A DNA stretch of 64,000 bases from Mobula hypostoma. Taxonomy: Eukaryota. Shown piece by piece: positions 11,501 through 23,500 of the stretch; within the stretch, counting starts at the first letter, position 1; every line of letters starts with the position of its first letter. The notes under the pieces were generated by a model, which saw only the letters and a list, made by a program, of their open reading frames with translations, was not told the DNA's origin and did no database searches. The stretch spans positions 111,912,001 to 111,976,000 of the forward strand of contig NC_086107.1 of the NCBI RefSeq assembly GCF_963921235.1. Direction: 5' to 3'. The position numbers and the translations under genes are program-made.

Positions 11501-14500
11501 CTTTGTGTGTGTGTGTGTTTTGCTCTGGATTAACAGCCTCTGCAGAATTTGCCATGTTTCTGATTTGCATATCAACTCCATCCTGAGAAGTGAATTGGAT
11601 CCACTCCAAGTTGCCCACTGTCACAACAAGTCAACAGCGGATGCCATTTCAACTGCTCTTCATTCATCTCTGGATCATCTGGACAGTAAAGATGCACAAG
11701 CTATAGAATAACTTTCATAGATTCTGCAACTCACATTCTCAATATAATTTATTACTTATCTTATTATTTCTGTGATTTATCTTCTTTTTCAGATTGGTTG
11801 TTTGTCAGTCTTTGTTATGAATAGATTTCCGTAACTTCTATTGTATTTCTTTATTTTCCTATAAATGCCTTCAAGAAAATGAATCTCAATATAGCGCATA
11901 GTAACATACACTCAGTGGCCACTTTATTAGGTACAGATATTACCTAGGAAAGCGACCGCTGAGTACATTTCTGTCTGTTCCTGGCCTTCTGCTGCTGTAA
12001 CCCATCCACTTCAAGGTTCGACATGTTGTGCATTCAGAGATGCTCTTCTGCATACCACTGTTGTAATTTGTGATTATTTGATTTACTGTCGCATTCCCTC
12101 AGCTAGAACCAGTCTGACCATTCTCCTCTGACCTCCCCCACTAACAAGGCGTTTTCACCCACAGAACTGCCACTCACTGAATGATTTTTTGTTTTTACAC
12201 ACCGTGCATCAAAATCTCAGGAGATCAGTAGTTTCTGAGATACTCAAACCGCCCCACCTGGCACCGATAATCATTGCACAATTAAAATCACTTAGAAATC
12301 ATATTTCTTCCCCATTCTGATGTTTGGCCTGAACAACAACTGAACCTCTTGACCACATCTGCAAGCTTTTATGCTTGAGTTGCTGCCACATGATTGGCTG
12401 ATTAGATATTTGCATTAATGAGCAGGTTTACAGGTAGAGCTAATACAGTATGTATTGCCAGGATAGATTTATGCATTACAATGCCATGCATATATTTCAA
12501 CCAATGCAGAAACTGGCATTGCATTTCCTGCAACTGCTGTCTTCTTTTTTAAATCAAGAGGAACTAGTGTTACAGGCATGAAGGGATACAGAGAGAAGGC
12601 AGGACACTGGGGTTGAGAAGAATAATAGATCAGCCATGATGAAATGGCAGAGTAGACTTGATGGGCCAAAAGGCCCAATTCTGCTCCTATATCTTATGGT
12701 CTTATAATGCGGTGAAAAGGGTGAAACAATTCTTGCTAGTCTTGATATTTTCATTATATTGCAGGTGTACAGTTGTACCAAATAACATGGCCAATGAGTG
12801 AATATGTACTTTGACAATAAATTTACTGTGATCTTTAAAGTTATAGAGATTGATATTAGTTACATTTTTTAATTAAATTCCAGGAAGAAGCCTGATCCAG
12901 GATCTTCATCAATGGGCGTCCTTTTCCCAGAATACAAGTAGGTGGAACTTTTCTCTCATTGTTCCGATTACATCTCATCTTCCCCTTGAAAGCTGGCAGG
13001 TTGCAGCGTGAAACTGCAGCTGAAATCCCTAAACCTATGCAGGCTGCAATCTAAGTTGCCACAGCCTCTTTCTCCTAGAAGCAATAATTGCAGAGTCCTC
13101 TGGCTTATAAACATCCGCACCTCACACACAGATAATAAATCCACATGCACATGGCATCAACCAGCAGTATAAGTCCCCAGTGATATTCCGTCTCTGCTGT
13201 TCCATATGTGAAGAGGGATGGATGGAACAACCAACAATGGAAAGCTTCAGGCTGCAGGATCTTAACCAAAGATTTATAGTCCCACTCATGGGCTGTTTTA
13301 GTATTCTCTCCTCACCCCAGTCCCATGTTTGCCAATATCAAAAGAAGTATGTTTCCTCAGCAGAAGGTCTTTGGTTTCTGTCCTGGTGTTGCCACCATGA
13401 AATTCATTGGTCTACTGAAGACTTAGAGAATGCGGCATTGGTACAACAGCCTAAGTGTGCCTTACCGCTGTAAGGTATTGAGTGTGTAGCCTCCCTCAAA
13501 ACAGATCTACCCACAAAGACTAATTTGGAGTATTGTGTGCAGTTTTGGTCACCTAAGGTGTAAGCAAGGTTGAAATTGTGCAAGGAAAATTTACAAGATG
13601 TTGCTGCGTCTGGGAGGACCAGAGTTATCAAGAAAGATTGAATAGGTTAGGACTGTACTCTTAGGAACATAGAATTCTGAGAGGAGATTTGATTGAGGTA
13701 TTCAAGATTATGAGGGTTGTAGAGAGGGAAAACGCAAGAAGGTTTTTTCACTGAGGATAGGTGAGACTACAACTAGAGGTCATGGGTTAAGTGTGAAAGG
13801 TGAGAGGTTTAAGGGGAACATGAGGAAAAACTTCTTCATTCAGAGGGTCGTGAGAGTGTGGAACGAGCTGCCAGCACAAGCCATGCATGTGGGCTCGATT
13901 TCAACATTTAAGAGAAGTTTGGATAGGTACTTGGATGGTAGGGGTATAGAAGGCTATGGTCCCAGTTGCAGGTCGATGGGAATAGGCAATTTAAACGGTT
14001 TCAGCATGGGCTAAATGGACCAAAGGACCTGTTTCTGTGCTGTACTTCGCTATGACTCTATTAGTCTAAGCAAACTGGATTGATTATGCAATAATGAGCT
14101 CAACGATTATGTGCACACTGTAGGCGTATATACTGTATATGTAATGGAGACTTTTTCTCTATTTTGTTTGTTTTAGTTTATTGAATTTGCATGGGTGTGT
14201 CAGTGTTCATACAAGTGATAATCTAATTTTCCATCAAAGGGAATTCAAATTTTTGTGTTTGTAGTTAACTGAACCATATTTACTGTAGTTGTGTCTATTT
14301 ATTGGAAGTAGCCTTTTTATCGTTACTCCCCATGCATTGTCAAGGTATGTTACTGTTAGTTTGTGTTCTCAGTGACAGCTAACTCATTAAGGCTGATTTA
14401 TATTTGTGCGTCAAATTGACGCCATAGGTACAGCATAGCCATGAACCCTACGCCGTGCCTACGCGGATCCCTACGCCATAGCTTGACGCGCACCTCTCCC

Positions 14501-17500
14501 AAAATGTAACTACGCGTTGCGGCAACGCAGACCACAACAGCTGTGATCGGTCCGCTTGGTAGCATCGCATTTCCTCCTACGCTGCAATAGCTTCCCATTG
14601 GGCGACTGAAGGGCAGGGAAAGAACTCTGGCTGCAATGCTTTCCATAAAGCTTTACGGACCTCCGAAATTATGGAGGACACATTTCGCTTTTACGAAAAA
14701 AGACGCTCGCTTTAAACTTGTTTACTCCCAGAAAGACTACCATGACCATGAAGCCTTGCACGGGCAGGTGTGTGAGCATGTGTGCCGTGCGTAAATTGCA
14801 GAGCGACGCAGACACACCAACGCACAAGTATAAATGCTCACAACAGCGTAGCCCACTTGCGTAGGCTACGGCGTAAGCTGGTACGCACAAGTATAAATCA
14901 GCCTTTAGGATGGCATGGTAGCATAGTGGTCAGCACAACGCTTTACAGTACAGGCAAGCCGGTTCAATTCCCGCTGCTGCCTATAAGGAGTTTGTACCTG
15001 TGGGTTTCCTCAGAGGCTCCGGTCTCCTCCCACAGTACCGTAAGTTAATTGGTCATTGTAATTTAGCTAAATCAGGGGGATCGCTGGGCAGCATGCCTCG
15101 AAGGGCTGGAAGGGCCTATTCTGTGCTGTATCTCAATAAGTAAATAAATTATCAGCCTATGCTAAGAGTGTTATATTGGTTGAATAAATCATCACAGCAA
15201 GCCACCACAAGAAAGTGCTGGTGTAGCCCAGCAGGCCAAGCAACATCAACAGAGGTGAAAGGATGGTCCTTGTTTCAGGTTGAGACCCTACATGTCCAAT
15301 TTCAGCCCAACACATCCACCATCCCATTCTCTCTACAGACTGCTTGACCCACTGACTCTTTTCTGCTCTAGATCCCAGCATCTCAATTCTCTTGTGTCTC
15401 ACCAAGAGCCATGATACAATGAGCTTTCTGGCTTTCTGTTTTGTTGATTAAGGGATAAGTCTGCACAGGACAGTTCTCTTGCTGTTCGAAATAATGCCAA
15501 GGTTACTTTGATGCCACCAAAGAGAGAATGTACGGCCTTGCTTTAATGTCTTATCTAAAAGACGGCCCTTCTGACACCTGGCAATTACTTGATTTATTGA
15601 AATCCAATGTGGAGTAAGCCTTTCTGACCCTTCGAGCCGCTGCACCCAGCAATTCCCCAATTTAATCCAAGCCTAATAAGCGGGATCATTTACAATGACC
15701 AATTAACCTACCAACCGGTAATCAGAATCAAAATCAGAAGGAGGTACAGGAGTCTGAAGGCACACACTCAACGATTCAGGAACAGCTTCTTCCCTTCTGC
15801 CATATGATTTCTGAGTGAACATTGAACCCGTGAACATAACCTCACTACTTTTTAAAATAATTTCCGTTTTTGCACTACTTATCTGAATTTAACTATTTAA
15901 TATACAATTTATATATTTAATTTAATATATATATTTAATTACTTGCTGTAATTCATTTTTTTCTATATTTATCATGTATTGCATTGTACTGCTGCCGCAA
16001 AGTCAACAAATTTCAGGACTTGTGCTGGTGATATTAAACCTGATTCTGATTTAACTGGTACGTCTGTGGACTGTGGGAAGAAACCGGAGCACCCGGAGGA
16101 AACCCACGTGACCACGGGGAGAACGTACACACTCCTTACAGGCAGTGGCGGGAATTGAACCTGGGTTGCTGGAACTGTAAAGCAATGTGCTAGCCACTAC
16201 ACTACCACACTGCCCACTACAGGATTAGCCCAGATTTCGGTGCAAGGTTTTCAACGCGCACCTGAGTCAGCAGCAAGAAATCACCAGCTGAGGTAGAGTT
16301 AACATTTGAAGTAAGTATACCTACATCTTTATACTTTGTTCATTAGGCCCATTCCACTGAGTGACTACGAGAGGTACTTCCAGAAGAAGCATGCGGACAC
16401 AGATATTGGATTTGCTGAGGAGTATCAGGTGTGTATGTTTGTTCAAATGTTCACTCTGAGCGCCTGAGCAAAGAAGGCACGACTGCGCCTCTCCTTTCTT
16501 AGAAGTTGGCGCAGATACAGAATGTCATCTAAAACTTTGACAAACTTTTATAGGTGTACAGTGAAGAGTATTGTAACTGTTTGCATCACAACCTAGTATG
16601 GAAACACCAATGGCCAAGAACAGAAAAAAGCCTATAAAGCGTGGTGCATACAGCCCAGTCCATCACAAGCAAGCCCTCCCCATCATTTGAGCACATCTAC
16701 AAGGACTGCTGCCAGAAGAAGCAGCATCCATCATCAAGGAACCCCCACCATCCAGGCCATGCTCTCTTCTTGCTGCTGCAATCAGGAAGAAGGTACAGGA
16801 GCCTCAGGTCCCACCCCTATCAGATTCAGGAACAGTTATTACCCCTCAACCATCAGACTCCTGAACCAGCGTGAATAACTTCACTCACCTCAATTGATTC
16901 CACAACACAGGAGTCCTGTGGACTCACTTTCAAGGACTTTACAACTCATGTCCTCAGTATTATTTATACCTCTTTAAAAATTTGCACAGTTTGTCTTCTT
17001 TTGCACATTGGCTATTTGTCAGTCTTTATATGTAGTTTTTCATTGATTCTATTGAAGTTCTACTGCGAATGCTGCAAGAAAATGAATCATAAGAGAGCAT
17101 ATGGTGACATATACAACTTTGAAAATAAATTTACTTTGAACTTTGAGAACTTACAGAGAATATGCAGTGTGCTGTTAAAAATAATGTCATGGCATAAACC
17201 AATAAACATAGTTTTGGCCACAGATCGTGCCCTGAGCCCATTGTGAAGAAAGCACAACAGGGTCTCTACTTCCTCAGGAGAATGCGTAGACTTGGAATGT
17301 CATCAAAAACTTGGCAAACTTCTAGAAACGTATGGTGGAAAGTGTATTGACCGGCTGCATTACGGCCTCGTAGGAGAACACCAATACTTTTGAGCAGAAA
17401 ATCCTACAAGAGATAGTGGATTCAGCTCAATACATCATGGGTAAAGCCCTCCCAACCACGGAGTACATCTACCTGAAACATTGCCGTAGAAGAGCAGCAT

Positions 17501-20500
17501 CCATCATCAAAGATCCTCACCACCCAGGCCGTGCTCTTTCCTCGCTGTTGCTATTAGGTCCTTGATGCTGGATGCTGCTTTCTTGTGGCAGCACTCCTTG
17601 TAGATGTGTTTTATGCTGGGGAAGGCTTTTCCTGTGGTGGATTGGGCAGTAACCAATACTTTTCATAGGCTTTTCTGTACATAGGCATTGGTGTTTCCAC
17701 ACTATTGCATTGTGCCAAGGCACAGTACAGTGCCACTGTAGCTATGGTACTGTGCAGCAGAGTGTATATTATGCAGTCCAATAGGTTTGAGTTCTCCTGA
17801 CACGGCTGACAAACAATCCTCTTCAATTCATTGCAGAGTCTGGCAAACATCGGCACAGAACAGTCAAAGGAAGCTTCCCAACTCCCAGAGAACAGAACAA
17901 AGAATCGATACACTAACATTTTTCCTTGTAAGTACTCAGCTTGGCATTTACTAGGTAACTATGAAGACATTGGCAATGGTCTTTACTGCCAGTGTACCCA
18001 CTTCTCCTTATCTCTCCTGATAGTGTTGCCCATGGATTACAAATGACCTATACCACAGAAGGAGGCTATTCGGCCCATTTATTGCATACTGATACCTATA
18101 CTCCATTCAACCTCCTCCCATCTTCACCATGTAGATCTATTCTCTTCTCCCTTGTCCATACTCCCCTTAAATGCACCTATATTATTCACCTCAGCCACCC
18201 CATGTGGAAGCAAGTTCCTAGTACTCGTTGGGAAAATACCTTACCTCTGAACTCTTTGAGTCTGTTTTGATCTCCTTGGTGATTATTTGACTGGCATATA
18301 TTTGCATGTTGGAGATGTGCAGATGTTAATCGATCTGTGCCCTTTGCCTAAGATGTTCATGCATGGTTGAATGACAAGGGGTGTTGGGAAACAGTTTAAA
18401 CATTAGGGCTAGGACTTTGATTGCAACTTGACCTGCAGTGAGTGGTAACAATTTGACACTTTTCTTAGCAAATATTAGTTTCATACTTCTTGACAATAAA
18501 GGAGGCAGTTAACCCACTGAGTTCATAACAACTCACAGAGCAATCCCCCCATAGTTTTCCCCCACTTTCCCCTCAACGGGTCCCAGCGTCTGCCATTCAC
18601 CCACACACTATAGGTATTATACAGTGGCCAATTAACCCAGTAACCCACATACCTTTGGGATTTTTAATTTTGAATTTATTTCTATTTAGAGATACAGCAC
18701 AGAATAGGCAATTCTGACCCTTTGAGCCACACTGTCCATTAACCCCAGACAACCCTCAGTTTAACACTAACCTAATCACAGGACAATTTATTGTTGTTCT
18801 TTTATATACCTCATAGCGCATCGCACAGCAACCTTGCCATTCCTTTAGCACTTTTGTCTTGTTTTTTTCACAAGGCTGAGTTGCTAGCTCGATGCTCAAC
18901 CCAGCACAGATGGAAAGCATGCAAGGAGCCGGCCGGGTTTGAACCCGGGACCACTTGCCTCAAAATCTGGTGCAGATGACATTATACCACCAGCCGGCTT
19001 GCGGGACAACTTACAATGACCAATTAACCTACTAACTGGTGCGTCTTTGGATTGTGGGAGGAAACTAGAGCACTTGGAGTGAAATGAGCTGGGTTGATCA
19101 GACCCGAAAGACGCAAACCAATCCGAGTGTCCAGGAGATGTGGCAATAAGCGTACAAGCTCAACAAAGTAACCTGAGCCTAATTTATTATCATAAAACAG
19201 ATAGCACAAATAAACCACACTCAATACTATGTAGTAAGTTACAAAGATTTCCACAAAGATTTCAGGGCTCATGATTCTTAGTCATCACTCGATTGTTGCT
19301 GTTATCAGGGGATTTGATTGTCGCTGCTGTCGGAGGAACTCTGTATTCCAACTAGTGAAACCACCCCAGGTCTGGGTCCTAGGCACTGACCGATCGCGAT
19401 TCTTCGGTCTAGGTGAAGTCCCAAAAACTGAGCGAAAGGTGCCTCAATAAATAAGGGTTCAATCCACAAGCATAGCAAGACACACAGAACCAGGCAAACT
19501 ATTTGATGTTTTGTTCTCATGCCACTAACTCAGCATGGTTTCATTCATTCAAACAACTCGTGTTCATCAACAGACATCCTGATGTCACTGTGCCTGAGGC
19601 CAAGGAAGACTCCAGCTGCTATCAGCAAACAGTTAACAAACTTGCACAGACACCTTACACGCTGCAAGCTCCCAAAGAGTTAAAGTGTCATTTGGAGCGG
19701 TTCAGAACTTCATCCAATATTTTACAAAAATGTAATACACCACAATACACAGAGAAAACCCATACATTCCATGCGGAGAAGATACAAACTCCTTACAGAG
19801 GATGCCGGGATTACCCTCCAAACTCCGATGCCCGAGCTGTAATAGCATTGCGTTAACTGCTACATTGCTGTGGGATGTGGGAGAAAACCAGAAGACCTGG
19901 TAGAAACCAGTTTGTTCACAAACAGAATGTGAACATTCCACGCAGACAGCACTGGAGGTCAGGTTTTGAACCCACAGTGCTGGAGCCATTAGACAACCAC
20001 TTTACTGGCTATGCTCTTGTGCTATCTATAGTTGATACAAAATAAGCTTAAATCTGAAATTTATAGATGTGTACCATCGATGGCAAGACCAGCACTTACT
20101 GTTCATTTTAATTTTTCACAAACTGAATGAGTTGCTCAGTCAGTTTCTGAGATCAGTAAAGCTTGAACCAATTCTGTGAGGCAAACACACTAGATCAGAA
20201 AGGCAAATTTCCTTCCTTGAAGCACCATTGTAAGCCAGGTGGGCTTTTAAAACAATCCAATAATTTCATGGTCACATTATTGCTTTTTCATTTATTCCCA
20301 ATCCATGCTCTGAAATAGTGAAATAAATCTCTAGTGAGACTGCACCTGGAGGGGAGTGACCATTCCTGTGGAAGAATCTGTAGGCCTATATGGGAGGTCA
20401 CCTTAGATTCACCAGAAGTAAGTCCTGAACTCCTCTAGAGATTAAACTTTTTAAAAAAGCTGGCTTAATAGTGTTATTTAAATGCAGATTTTAAAAATTA

Positions 20501-23500
20501 ACAGCAAACATTGACAAACGTCTATAGTTGTGTGGTGGAGAGCGTATTGACTGGCTGCATCACAGCCTGGTACGGGAACACCAATGCCTTTGAGTGGAAA
20601 ATCCTACAAAAGGTAGTGGATTCGGCCCAGTAAATCACGGGTAAAGCCCTCCCAACCATTGAGCACATCTACATGAAACGCTGTCGTAGGAAAGCGGCAT
20701 CCATCATCAGAGCTCCCCACAACCAGGCCATGCTTTTTTCTCGCTGCTGCCTTCAGGTAGAAGGTACAGGAGCCTCAGGACTCAAACCACAAGGTTCAAG
20801 AACAGTTACTACCCACAACCATTAGGTTCTTGAACAAAAGGGATAATGACACTCACTTGCCCACCTATTGAGATGGTCCCACAACCAATGATCTCACTTT
20901 AAGGACTCTCTATCACATTACCTTATGTTCTCATTATTTATTGCTATTTATTTATATTTGCATTTGCACAGTTTGTTGTCTTCTGCACTCTGGTTGATCT
21001 TTCATTGATCGTATTACAGTTGCTATTTTATAGATTGGTTGAGTATGCCCACAGGAAAATGAATCTCAGGGTTGTATATGGTGACACATATGTACTTTGA
21101 TAGTAAAATTTAATTTGAACTTTGAGCAAACAGGTCAAAGTAGACAGTGAGAAACATTCTTCTCTGGTGTTCAAGTTCTTGCTTCTGTTTGGATGGTAGT
21201 TGGGTAAAAATGTTACTGTACCACACCAAAGATTTTAAGTGACATAAGGAGAAGGTGGGTAGATGAACAGGTGTAAGGGACCAAATGTTCTACTACTGTT
21301 TGTCAGTACCAATGTATCTGTCAAAGGTGTTACCATCAGGAGGTTACAAAGGACAGTTCATCCCTTGTTGATGCATAAAATGGCTTCTTATTCCATTGAA
21401 GAGACTGCATTTACTGTGTGTTGCTCATTCCAATGACATGGTTTTCTCTTTCAGACGATGCCGCCAGGGTTAAACTTAGCCAGCAGCCCGATAGCAGCTC
21501 TTCCAATTACATCAATGCAAGTTACATGCCTGTGAGTTTTGCACACTTGTATCTATAATTATGGACCCCACCCCACCACCACCACCCAAAACATTCAAAA
21601 CAAACGATTCTGAGAAACTGTGAGTATCTCTATCAGCACTCCAAACTGTGAATTGAAAGAACTGAGGAGACAAGGTTTCAACCCATTCAGCTCCCTTGTT
21701 CTTGAAAGATTATCTAAATCTGGGATTACTTCCTTATTTTGATGATAATCCAAAAATCTTGATTACCTTGATAATTATCTCAGATAATCCCAAAATCTGA
21801 GATGCAAAGAGACTTGGGAGTCCTTGGGTAGAACGCCCTAAAGGTTAACCTTCAGGTTGAGTCAGTGGTGACGAAGGCAAAAGCAATGTTAGCATTCATT
21901 TCAAGAGGGCTAGAATATAAGAGCAGGGATGTGATGCTGAGGCTTTATACGGCACTGCTGAGGCCTCACCTTAAGTATTGTGAACAGTTTTGGGCTCCTT
22001 ATCTAAGAAAAGATGTGCTAGTATTGGAGAGGGCTCAGAGAAGGTTCACAAGGATGATACTGGTAATGAAAGGGTTATCATATGTGGAACATTTGATGGC
22101 TCTGGGCCTGTTCTCGCTGGAGTTTAGAAGGATGTGGGGGGAATCTCATTGAAACCTTTCAAATGTTGAAAGGCCTAGACAGAGTAGATGGGGAAAGTAT
22201 ATTTCCCATAGTAGTGAAGTCGAGGACAAGAGGGCACAGCCTCCAGGATAGAGGGGCGTCCATTTAAAACAGAGATGAGGAGAAATTTCTTTAGCCAAAG
22301 AGTGGTGAATTTGTGAAATTTGTTACCACAGGCAGCTGTGGAGGCCAGGTTGGTGTATTTAAGGCGGATGTCAGGATTAATGGCAAATTGAATAGGAATA
22401 AGGAACCTTGGTTCTCAAGGGATATTGCAACTCTGATAAAGAAGAAGAGGGAGTTGTATGAAATGTATAGGAAACAGGGGGTAAATCAGGTGCTTGAGGA
22501 GTATAAGAAGTGCAAGAAAATACTTAAGAAAGAAATCAGGAGAGCAAAAAGAAGACATGAGGTTGCCTTGGCAGTCAAAGTGAAGGATAATCCAAAGAGC
22601 TTTTACAAGTATATTAAGAGCAAAAGGATTGTAAGGGATAAAATTGGTCCTCTTGAAGATCAGAGTGGTCGGCTTTGTGCGGAACCAAAGGAAATGGGGG
22701 AGATCTTAAATAGGTTTTTTGCGTCTGTATTTACTAAGGAAGCTGGCATGAAATCTATGGAATTGAGGGAATCAAGTAGTGAGACCATGGAAACTGTACA
22801 GATTGAAAAGGAGGAGGTGTTTGCTGTCTTGAGGAAAATTAAAGTGGATAAATCCCCGGGACCTGACAGAGTGTTCCCTCGGACCTTGAAGGAGACTAGT
22901 GTTGAAATTGCGGGGGCCCTGGCAGAAATATTTAAAATGTCGCTGTCTATGGGTGAAGTGCCGGAGGATTGGAGAGTGGCTCATGTTGTTCCGTTGTTTA
23001 AAAAAGGATCGAAAAGTAATCCGGGAAATTATAGGCCGGTGAGTTTAACGTCAGTAGTAGGTAAGTTATTGGAGGGAGTACTAAGAGACAGAATCTACAA
23101 GCATTTGGATAGACAGGGGCTTATTAGGGAGAGTCAACATGGCTTTGTGCGTGGTAGGTCATGTTTGACCAATCTGTTGGAGTTTTTCGAGGAGGTTACC
23201 AGGAAAGTGGATGAAGGGAAGGCAGTGGATATTGTCTACATGGACTTCAGTAAGGCCTTTGACAAGGTCCCGCATGGGAGGTTAGTTAGGAAAATTCAGT
23301 CGCTAGGTATACATGGACAGGTGGTAAATTGAATTAGACATTGGCTCGATGGAAGAAGCCAGAGAGTGGTGGTAGAGAATTGCTTCTCTGAGTGGAGGCC
23401 TGTGACTAGTGGTGTGCCACAGGGATCAGTGCTGGGTCCATTGTTATTTGTCATCTATATCAATGATCTGGATGATAATGTGGTAAATTGGATCAGCAAG

